From Bugula neritina (lineage: Eukaryota; Animalia; Bryozoa): a stretch of DNA of 64,000 bases. Position numbers and translations under genes: made by a program. Numbering within the stretch: the first letter of the stretch is position 1; every line of letters begins with the position of its first letter. Where the stretch lies: the NCBI GenBank assembly GCA_964035545.1, contig OZ037769.1, forward strand, positions 17,204,633 to 17,268,632, given 5' to 3'. A model generated the notes under the pieces. The model saw only the letters and a program-made list of their open reading frames with translations, was not told where the DNA came from and searched no databases. Of the stretch, positions 1 through 11,100 are shown piece by piece.

Positions 1-212
1 ATGACCTTAGCAACTAGGGTAAGAAATGTGAACATAATGGTAAACGTATTCATAGACACTATAAAAGAGAGACAACTCCCAGATACTGTCTGTACTAAGC
101 TGTATGTTCTACTTGGCACTCTGTATGTATTATAGTACAGCAAGGTAGTCACTTGACTATAAAGAGTTTCATTATGAATGATCATTACGGTAGTTGAGAG
201 TTGCACACCCAC

Positions 213-2324
213 CGGCACTATGATTCCAGCTACTCCAATCGGCTCTTTTCTTATAATGGATCTTCTATTAGTTACGGGGAACTCAATTGTCTCCCCATAC
301 ACTCTCCTAGCCTCAGCCGAATACCAGTCTAGAAATGAGGCTGCATACATCATCTCCCCCTTCCCTTCAGCTAATGGCTTTCCCTGGGAACGTAATGTGA
401 CAGTCTAAAGCTGTGAAGATGTGCTGTATGTATGCTGTGTTACGTCTAGTCACTTTAGAGTAGATGTACAGTCTACTTACTTTATTACACAACTTACATT
501 CTCTTCTGTTAACATCTCTCCAAGTTCTGGAATGTTCTCCAATATCAAACTGTACCATTTGTACAGGAGAGCACTTCTTTCCTGTAGAAATAGTAGTTTC
601 ACTTTGACACTAAAGTTTTTTCACTTTGATATTAGAGTAGTTTCACTTTGATATTAGAGTAGTTTCACTTTGCCACTAGAGTAGTTTCACTTTGACACTA
701 GAGTAGTTTCACTTTGACACTAGAGTAGTTTCACTTCATTATATAATATAAAGTCATACCTTTGCTGTCTTCTTACTCCACGGACCAAATGCCTCATAGG
801 CAGCATCTACCGCTGCCTTCGTATCTTCTGCGTCCAGATCATACACCTCTCCAATGAGACTGCCATTCTTAGGGTTGAACACTACAAACCATACTTCTGT
901 GTAAACACATTACCTTACTAACAAGCTGTACAGTTTCTAGGTACAGTTACAGTATTGTGACCTTATCCTGACCTTGAAACAGCTTCTCTGCTCTTCCTTT
1001 CACCCACTCTCCATTAATATATGACTCGGACCTTCTCAGACTCTCTGACATGATTGTTGAAGTGTGCAAGTTTTTACTCTGTAGGAACAAACAGATAGCA
1101 ATCAGTTTATAAGCTATGCTGCCAGGCAGCACCTTAGACACTACTGTCTACAGGCAGCACAGAGGGAAAAGTTTCAACTCCCCTCCCCTGAGCAGCTCCA
1201 TGTACTGGTTGAGTACAACAAATACTATTCTATAACAAATTTTGATTTTTTATAAATGATTAATGATTCGTGTGGTCAGGATCAGTGAGCCTAGCTTGAG
1301 AGTTATATATGGCATGCTATCCTAAGATTCTGTGATAATCACATTACTCACTGGGATGGTTTATAAGTTAAAACACAGGCTATAAACAAGGCTAAGTGAG
1401 AAAACACAGCTAATCTGTTAAAGACATTGAGCGTTAAAGATCCAACTATTAAAATATAGAGCATGTGTAAATTAAAACCAGCTACTAGCCACTCAGAAGC
1501 ATCAACACGCATGAGTTTGAATTCAAATTGATAACGTAGTAACTGAAGGTGTTATTACTATCATATTATTGCGTCTTATTCTAATCCTTTGGTAGTCATG
1601 CATAATCAGCATGCAAACTATACTAAATTGAAAACTTATCCTTTTAATTTATGTTTATCCCAAGTTCAAGATCACTAGTTACTATGAATATTAGTATTAC
1701 CTAATAATTGACCACCATTAACAAACTAATCATCATATTATAATGATAACAATAAAGGATCAAACCAAATTACAGTCTCAAACAATGAGAATATTAAAAT
1801 AATCTAGTGTAATATGCCAACCATAATTAATGGCAATTATAATAACCATAAAAGTTTATTCTATTGTACATTTAATATATGATCAAATAAAACACCACAA
1901 AAATATTCTGTAAATAACCTAATAAACATAGGACAACAGCAAAACAAAGCATCATAATAATCAAGTTAGGTAACCCACTCTAGGACATATATTATGGGAA
2001 CAATATGAACTGTAACGTAGATTTCATCTCCTATACAACTGTACAATATTGAATATGATTAGGTAGCCCTACTATAAGATGTGCTACAGAGATGACAATG
2101 CATCAGCTAGCAGGTTAAACACAACACGACACTAGCACTCATATACAAGCACTACAGTGGTGAATTACAGCCACATTCTTACATGATACTTTCATACTTA
2201 CAGAGAGAGCAGAGAGCAAAGGTGAGGAGTTATACAGAGCTGAATGCGTCACACACTGCCTGCTGACACAGTTAAGTGATGAGAGAAAGAGTCTAACAAC
2301 AGCACTAGGTTTGCAGCTGGCCAT
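213..2324 (-). CDS. ALDH5A1: Succinate-semialdehyde dehydrogenase, mitochondrial (5' part; continues off the left edge)
   Basis: Phase-consistent GT-AG exons 2202-2324, 973-1078, 760-881, 498-581, 213-383. They give a transit-peptide-like N-terminus (MASCKPSAVVRLF...SKNLHTS), then [90 protein letters not shown], the SSADH-type ALDH N-terminus. Confidence 0.88.
592..736. repeat. Intronic 22-bp minisatellite (gtagtttcactttgacactaga, ~6 copies)
   Basis: Direct tandem copies filling most of ALDH intron 582-759. Confidence 0.9.
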
Positions 2325-3349
2325 GTGACCTCTAGTTGACCTTGTGACACGCCCACTTCAACAAACCACTAATCAAGTTAAGATGAATACAAGAACCCTG
2401 GGAATGTCTATATGCATAAAGGGTGTATAACTTAGATGACATTTCCTTCACAGAGATGTTCTATAATGTCTCCAAGCCTACACTGTGGAATGTAAAGCAG
2501 TTAATGAATACGACAGAGCAGCTACCAATGCCTAGATGACATATATTAGAATAAACATACAAAATGCTAGAATGTTTAGTTAGTTGGCAGCTGGTATTCA
2601 GAGGTTACAATGTGTGTCTAATATATTGACACCATGCATTATATCAGCAAATTTAGTTACAAGCATTAAAGTGAGATCTTCCACATCATTATACCATTAT
2701 AACAATAATAACTTATGCAAAATACATAGAAACATATTCAATTTCCTACATTCATATTTTGTAGCTATTATGCAATATTTGATGACCATTATGTAGTACT
2801 TGTCACCATCCCTATTGGTATCCTTGACATTGTGATTGTGGATTCATGAACATAATCATTAGGAATCAATATTATTATTATAATTATTAATATTTTCACC
2901 AAAATCATGCATCTATCTCTACTTAGTATGAATATTAATTCGAAAAGTGAAATGGAATTTGAGTAAAATTAAATGTTAATACTAATAGTAATAGTATTAC
3001 TGCAAGTGTAATAGACTAATAGTATTATTATTATCAATTGCAAATACAATCAGCATCACCAATATCAATATGAATATGAAGACTTGAAGACTATCACCAA
3101 CATTCTCAATATTAGAAAATCAATACCAATATTATTACTATCAAATTTAAAGTATCAGTATGAGTATCACTGAGAGTGAGTATGACTATCACTATGAGTA
3201 TGAGACTGAGAGTGAGTAGACATGATATCAGTATGAGTATCATATGATCAGATCACTATCAGTATGAAATTCATAGTCCATATGTCTATGAAACATAATT
3301 ATCACTACAAATATCAGTAAGACTATCACAATGACTCAGACTTGGATGG

Positions 3350-3510
3350 AAAAAATCTCTCTATCTTCGCGCACATGACATGTAAACTCTTCGCAGGTAT
3401 TCGTTTTGTGCACCGCTCATTGCGGGGTACGCTGTTGTATTTTAACCTCTGCGTGTTCTTACAATGCTAATGAATAGAACATGCAAAATCCGACCAATCA
3501 GATGCGTTCA
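3350..3510 (-). promoter_or_regulatory. Probable promoter / 5' UTR exon region of ALDH5A1
   Basis: Local CpG-containing island with CCAAT (ccaatcag ~3495) in AT-rich surroundings, 1 kb upstream of the ATG. Confidence 0.4.
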
Positions 3511-4775
3511 CCAGTTCCAATATCTCGTCATCCTTATAAAATAATAATATTATTATATAAAATATTGTAAGTTCCGCTACAAAATGAATGCTTCTGAAAC
3601 TAGTTGTGCAACTTTTGTTATACATGTTTTAGTTTCTTCCATATCTTAAACTTGCGAGTCTGGAGTAAATGACTAATTAAAACCGGCAGCTGCAAATTAT
3701 ATTATACTGTCTGCAAGCATGCCCTAGATGAGTTTTACCACAACACTGGCTGTTGCTTTACTTTGTGGTTTCTACTCTAAAATGCACGGGTTGTCTGGCA
3801 GCTGGACATGGAGCATGTGATGTGAAGTTGACACATGAATCTGATTGGTTGGGCGTTGCTTGACCTGTTGACCTCACCGGTTGAGTTATTTATACGCTGT
3901 CTATCATCATGATTGGTGCTACTGGCATTGCAAATTACATAATAATAATATGATGGATTACAATGCAGAGTGACAATGCCATTGTATGTTTCTGGTAGAC
4001 CAGGACAAAAGTCACAAAATCTCAGGAAGTTCTGTATCACTTATTGAACTTGCTGTATGCAATATATACCCCACATATCCATGATTACTTGGTGACATAT
4101 CAGCTACAGGGTGAAATAGTCTGCCTTCGTTCAGCTGCCATATTGTTTACATATAGCCACATTCCTTAAGTGACATCCAAGCTAAGCTTTCCACGACCCA
4201 ACTTATAACCCCTACACTTACCCCATGCACATCAGTAGCCTTTAACCAACAGTGATCAAGATGTGTCCTAGACAGTCTGATAGAATACAATATCTAACAA
4301 ATGTAACCTTGCATATACATGGCAAATAAACATTGTATTCAATTACCTGATAGAACTATGCAACCCTGCAGAAAATATGCCAACTCTGTATTTCATAGCT
4401 AAAGCAAAGGAATTGGCTTTCAAGTTGGACTGCATGCAAAATTGTCACTAATAGAACATCAGATATATAATAAGTTTATACATTCTCTAAACTGACGTAT
4501 GCCTCAATGTCCAATAAAATAAACATGTGCAGCACAAAGTCATTTTGACGGCTGAAGCTCAATTATACAATTCCCGGCTTTACAATTGAAATATAAACTA
4601 CACTTAGTAAATGCAGGTGTATATAAGTACATGCATAACATTAGTAGAGTACCAAGGTTATTCTTGCATCTTCATGTTATACGAGAAGTTAGTACAGCTT
4701 ACTTTTCTCTTCCACCTCTTTAGCTGCCCTGACTCATACCATAACATGATAGCTAACTGTCAACAAGCTAATGCC

Positions 4776-4875
4776 AAAAAGCTTTCACCAAAAAGCTTTC
4801 ACCAAAAAGCTTTCATCATAGAGCTTTCACCAAAAAGCTTTCACTAAATAGCTTTCGTTAGAAAGCTGTCACTAA
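4776..4875. repeat. Short 14-bp tandem repeat (aaaaagctttcacc)
   Basis: About 6 degenerate copies seen directly. Confidence 0.8.
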
Positions 4876-5814
4876 ATGCTCCTGTTACAAACAATAATTT
4901 CATATACATGTGTATGACAATAACTTTATTGCACAAGAATTATTGGCCATCCCCAGACTAAGGGATTATATTGCTGCCAAAGCTTGAATATATCTAACAG
5001 TGGTGTGGTTACTGCACTGTAGACTGTAGAGGCAGCACTTGATATACTATGCTACTATTGCAACTATACCGCATATACTGCATGTCTACTCAACCAAATT
5101 TAACATGTCAGCTTTTCCTTTAGTCAATGAATAGCCACTTGCTTACTCAAGCAGAAGGATGCTGTGCTGATAATTCTGAGTTTTAAACTAACTAAAATTT
5201 AGATTTAATCTTTTCATTTTATCTTTTGTTATTTTGCAACCTCCCTTGAAACACTTTTATAATAGAAAGCAATGAAACTTTTTGTAATGTGCCCTATATA
5301 AGATAATCTGTAGGTATGCATTCTATTGAGAAGTTTTCAAGCATAATATTTCAACTCCACAATTTTGGAAAATGTGATTATAAAGTGTACTAAAGGAAAA
5401 TAATGCATGCTGTAGTAAAAGTTGCAGCCCAAGTATATTTCAGAAGCATACATGTTGCAGTCAAACTCACAGAATCTTTCTAAAAGTTTATTGGTGGAAT
5501 ATTTTGGTTAGTGCACACCTCTGATTGAAGTTGAGTTGCTGTCATACAAAGGTATAGAACAAGGGCAGACAACTCTACAGTTGCAACACTATCCGTAATA
5601 AAATGCCAATCAATATTAATTATAATATAGCCACTATGAACACTTAGTAGTGTGCGCTTCTTATTGGTCCACTTATATACTTTACAACAATGTAAACTCT
5701 TCATTGCAGAATCGATTGAAATTATGAGATTGTAAAAATATAAATTTATTTTTAGACCTTGAGCTTACAAATAATAAATTAAGTATTTAGCAAAATATAA
5801 CAACAAGGGGATCC

Positions 5815-5888
5815 ACTGGACTGATATCGGGTTAACTCAGTGACTAAGTCATTGCAGAGAAAACTGTCATTAATAATACAACTCCAAA
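5815..5888 (-). promoter_or_regulatory. Candidate type II SECIS element in the SELENOS 3' UTR
   Basis: Minus strand reads uggaguug-uauuauua-AUGAc-aguuuucucug-c-AA-ugac(uua)guca-cugaguuaacc-cGAu-au-cagucca. It shows an AUGA/GA quartet, helix II with 7 of 11 WC pairs, unpaired AA, an apical ministem and helix I. AATAAA follows at 5745-5750. Confidence 0.6.
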
Positions 5889-6044
5889 AATAATCAAAAC
5901 CAACCTCTGAATACTTTATGTAGAGAGAGCATAATGTATAACATATGTATAATATATATAAGACTGGTTTTGATATTTGTGATAAGTTGATTAAGTCCAG
6001 AAAATGCCTTGCCGACTCTCTCAGTGAATGCATAGCACCCTGTG

Positions 6045-6098
6045 GAGCACAACTCCTATATGTCAGTTAGTGAGCACAACTCCTATATGTCAGTTAGT
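6045..6098. repeat. 27-bp direct duplication containing a branch-point-like CTAAC (minus strand)
   Basis: gagcacaactcctatatgtcagttagt x2, just inside the acceptor of the putative 3' UTR intron. Confidence 0.85.
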
Positions 6099-6221
6099 GA
6101 GAGTTTCAGTATACAGGGGTGAAGGTCGCCTGTTAGCGGCCTGCTTAGAAAATGCTATGCAGAGCAGAGAGAGAGTCTGTAGAGAGATGCCGGCGAGTTA
6201 CCTCAGCGTCGGCATCGAACT

Positions 6222-8121
6222 TTAACCTCATCCACCCCCGGCAGCGGGGCCACGCCTCTCTCGTCTCCAGGAAGTTTCACTTCTATCGCTGCCCATCAGT
6301 GGACTATAGTCTAAGACAAGGTGAAGGTCATTATATAACTATATACTATATAATGATATACTGTATAATGATATACTATATAATGATATACTATATAATG
6401 ATATACTGTATAATGATATACTGTATAATGATATACTATATAATGATATACTGTATAATGATATACTGTATAATGATATACTGTATAATGATATACTATA
6501 TAATGATATACTATATAATGATATACTATATAATGATATACTATATAATGATATACTATATAATGATATACTATATAATGATATACTATATAATGATATA
6601 CTATATAATGATATACTATATAATGATATACTATATAATGATATACTAACCAGTATCTCTTAGCCGTGATCTATTACTTGGTCTGGTACTTGGTGTGGCC
6701 GAAGGCTCTTCTAGAGTCTATATAATAAAAACACAATGCTGAGTATCACAGGCTATCAATTAAGCCAATCACAGCACTCCTCGCTATATCTACTCACAAA
6801 GCAGCAACATGAGAGAGAGGGAGAAAGAGAGAGAAAGAGAGAGAGAGCTGTGTAAGTGAAATGGAGTCACACCTTTTTAACCTTTGACCTGTATCCTTGT
6901 CCAGATTGATGTCTCTCCCAGTCTTCCAGCTTTTCTTGTCTTTTCTTCTCAGCCAGCTACAAAATGACACGTGTTATCAATGTGGACATAACTCCAACCA
7001 CTAGTAAACTAGTTTTCCAAGCAGCGGATACTTACAGCAGCCTGCTTGGCAGCGTGTTCCGCTGACTTCTGGTCGTGCTCTTCTTGCAGACGTCTTCTGT
7101 GAGCGTCCATGGCAGCTTGTCGTCTCTCTATCTCTGAAGCGTCTGCAGAAGAACTCTTCAATTTATTATTGGGTGAAATATTATGTTAGTATTGTTCACA
7201 TAGATTTGTTATTCTACTTAATACGGTGCCACCAAAATCTTTTAAGTATCAAAAATAATGTTGATTCACTTATTACTAGAAACAATATTATACTGGTGAT
7301 ACATGCCATATTTCTTGTGAGCTGCAAGTTGAGATTTCTGCCGTAAGTTTGTGAGTATAGGCTCTAGAGCCGACTTCCACAAGAAATAAAGTGCGACAAC
7401 TCCAAAGAGTACGACCCAGCCATACTGAGCCAAGTATGAAGTGGCTGTAAAGTCAGAATGACAATATAACATGACTATTTTACTTTTCGAGGATAATCAC
7501 TTCAGCAACAACTTAACTGTTTTTAGTTTTTACTAGTACCAGTGCATTTGAAATAATTATATTAGCAGTCGAGCACTGCGTCTGCTGGAACACAGTGACA
7601 GTGGATGTGACAGTAATTACCAATTTAGATTACATTCCCAACTGAAGACAAATGAACTGAGGTTTGCCTATGACTATTGAGTATCACAATTTCTCAACAA
7701 AGCTACTCATACTGTTAGATTGTTAGTGGTAGAATTAGATTATCACCTGTAGGCTGTATCACTATCAGTTACAGTATCAGTGGCACTCACAGTATGAGCA
7801 TTACTATTAAATTTAATTAATATTATTATTACTATTAGAGTATTACTGTTGAAGTAAAAATCACCTATAGTCATACCGATACTCAATATCGTAGAAAGTT
7901 AATCATAGTGATACTATTAGTGATACTCATATTCGTACAAACTCATCTATCAGTGTCATACTGATAGTGATACTTAGGATTCTGTTCTCAAATTCAAATT
8001 GAAATGACAATACTGAAAGTGAATACCGATTCGGCGATTCCGAATACAGGATACCTGTGTAGTAAAATTGATATATGATTGGTGGATCTTGGTTAATAGG
8101 AAGTCTTTCTTCGCCGTCCAT
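6222..8121 (-). CDS. SELENOS: Selenoprotein S (VIMP), 183 aa, Sec at the penultimate residue
   Basis: Exons 8055-8121, 7307-7444, 7036-7142, 6873-6956, 6651-6717, 6222-6310. Contains a YGW TM helix, a coiled coil (ERRQAAMDAHRRRLQEEHD..EKKRQEKLEDWE), and the C-terminus DYSPLMG..SWRRERRGPAAGGG-TGA-GGT-TAA, matching the SelS ending SWRPGRRGPSSGGUG. Confidence 0.93.
6338..6647. repeat. Intronic 15-bp minisatellite (atatactatataatg, ~20 copies)
   Basis: Fills SELENOS intron 5; source of the spurious IYYIM ORF. Confidence 0.95.
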
Positions 8122-11100
8122 AAGGATGGCTAGCTAGTGCTAGATTGATGTTTAAGTGTGATTTAAGTTTATGTTTCTCAATCAGTGGATTGTGCCTTCA
8201 GTTTCTGTCTCAATAAGTTGCGTCACAGTGCGTTAGCAAATTTGAGGTTTTGTCTTTTCCTGTTTACACGAATGACGAATTTTCGTTAACATCGACGAGT
8301 AAAGTTTATACTTTAATATAGTATGTAATAAATGTGTTTATTGGTTGCTTCATTAATGTTTATTTACCACAGCAAACTTTTTCAAAAAAGATAAAGACAG
8401 CGAACTATACTAGTCGCATTTTTTATATAAAAATTTTTGTAATGTAAATAATAATAATATTATTATTATATTTAATGATTTATCAGAATATCGGAAGTGT
8501 TACTGCTAAGGATGAGCATAATAAGAAAAAAGCTGTTTTTTAAAACTGAAGTGCTAGCTGAAAGCAAACAAAGCAGCGTCTATTAACTTCAAAGACTAGT
8601 GACTTTTAGTTGTAGTTGTTGGCTGTTTACTTTTTAATTTATCATCACGCATAATGATGAAGTGATGCACAAGATAAATGATAAATCATAACATTAAAAG
8701 TTGTTTTGCGTTTACTGATAGTGATTAATTTTTAGATTCCATTTTTCAATTTTGCTTTACACACGTCCAAAGCCACACTCCAAGGGCTATGCTAGTGAAG
8801 TGTTCCACTCAATAATTTATTTTTCAGTTTAGAGTTGGTCATTAGTAGTGATTCAGACTTCAACAAAATATTATGCTTTAGACTGTACGAATATTGTAAT
8901 CCTGGCCTTGTGATCAAAGTTGAGAAGCATGTTTTAGTATGATTATAGTGTATTATTTATTACTCTTCTAAAGATTAACAAATGAATTACTGAATATGCA
9001 CTCGGCTTTTGAATTTATACCTATCACTGGACGTTAGTCAATTATACTTTTAGTATATTAATTTTCATGCATTACTTCACTACTTGTTATATAGCCAGTT
9101 GTTATAGTTCACAAGATTTTTGCTTTTAGACCTTTTGGCATATATGATTGCATATATTTTCTCTTCACTCCTATTTTCCTTAAACATCGTAAGCATCCAG
9201 GTTATTTTGATAAAATCAATTACTGTTAATTAGAAGATCATACTTTTTTAGTAGCATTCACAAAATATATACAAAAAATCTCAACTCAATATACCAGAAA
9301 AAATGAATTAAAATATATGTGTTAATAGCACTGATATTGACGTGACCGTGGCACATGAAAAATCTGAAAAAAGAGTTGTCTTCTTTTTTTCTATATCAAT
9401 ATATAGAGCTTGTCGTGAAAATAAAGATTTTTTTAAAAAAATATTGTGACCCTCTGGTAACTTCCTGAATTTAGAAAATTAGCTCATATATTTCTTTTCA
9501 TGTGGACAACAGCTCACTTTTTTTAAAATTTATTTTGAAGCTCTTTTCGTAAAAAATAATCAAAAGTAAAAAATCCAAAATTTTTACAAATTGGTTCGGG
9601 GCTTGACGTGAAAGGCATTTGGACGAAGATGTCAAGGTCACCATTAATAAATTTATTTCATCACAATTCACAATACTGCACGGAAAGTTAATGAAGTGAG
9701 CTGAAAATTAGGTTGCTAGCATATTGATATACATTATATTGATTGTTGCAGTATTATTTTTTAAATTTGTTTTGTTATCAGTTATGTTTAACTTCTTCAT
9801 AGAGCTGCTGTTAGACTAAGAGTAAGACATAATTATAATATTAGCAACAATGATAATAATAATATTTATATTAAATTAAAATTATTATTAAATTCACGGT
9901 GAAGTATCACTATCACTATGAGTATGAGTATCGTATAAATTAATTATGAGTATGAGTATCACTATGACATTAACTCAATCAATGATTGACTATTACTATG
10001 AATATGAATATGGCTTCTAATTCTTGTAACTTTTAACTATGACGATGCTGATACTGATAGTGATAATCACTGCCAGCCCAAGTCTCATACTCATAGTGAT
10101 ACTATTAGTATTAATAATTAGTATTACTATTAGTACAACTACTAGTATTACTCATAGTTCTGATAATGATGCAGATGATAGTTTTAAAAGTTCTACTTCT
10201 ACTTTTATAGTAAGCTAGATTGTATATGTTGAGCTCTACTCATTTTTTACTACTAATTTGCTAATACTAATAGTAATAGTAATACTAATAATAGTTATAG
10301 TTGTTATAATGATAGTAATACTAATAGTAATAATAACTATTTCAATTTGATAATTTATGTTTTATAACAGCATTATCGCTTATCATTTACATTGGTTCAT
10401 AATATGCTTATTTTAATTTTGCTTTGTGTGTTTTGTCATGTTGTAAATTTAAGTTCGTATGGTTACTTAACGAACTAGAGAACTAGCCAAATGTTATGTA
10501 GCGGTTGCAGTAATTTACTATAAACTCAGTGAAATTTAAAACCTAATTGATATTACTATGACATTGATTGTACAGAGGTAGCTAAAATATACATTAAATT
10601 ACCATTAATTTTAATTCGCCAATACACTATGAGTAGAACAATCAAATGCAATGATAGAAAATTAATTAGTCATAGCAGCCCGTTGCTTGAGGAACATTGA
10701 GCTACAGGTCTAAAATGATGTAGTTTTGTGATCCCTTATATAACAAAATAATTTTTTCAAACTGGTTTAATACTTTTATTATAAACACGCTCATCAAAGT
10801 AACATGTTTTTGATGTATATTCTATTAAAAAAGCAATCACATCAGGTTTTCAATTTGTATGTTGTACAAAGTTTATTATGGTGACAAGTTACTAAATTAT
10901 ATGGTTCAGCTTTGTAAAGTAAAGCTGATAAAATAAAAACAATTATGTGATTGTTTTACTGCTATATATTAAATTTAAATGAGTTGAATAATATCCTAGT
11001 GCAGTGAATTAGATATTTTTTTAGCTTTGGTACACCTGTTTGTTATAGGCTAACATTCCACCAATAGAAGAATGGTGCAAGTAGAAGAAATTTCAGGCGC

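Noticed and set aside
4430-4452. Second in-frame TGA as another Sec codon in the exon-like chain
   Set aside because: A better acceptor (ttttgcatgcag) lies downstream of the TGA, and there is no selenoprotein homology
6152-6649. 165-aa IYYIM-repeat ORF, and similar ORFs at 16193-16760, 24846-25123, 29137-29628, 37684-38157, 39186-39483 and 56078-56415
   Set aside because: Translations of stop-free intronic mini- and microsatellites
9330-9645. Possible transposon remnant
   Set aside because: No convincing TIR or TSD pair found
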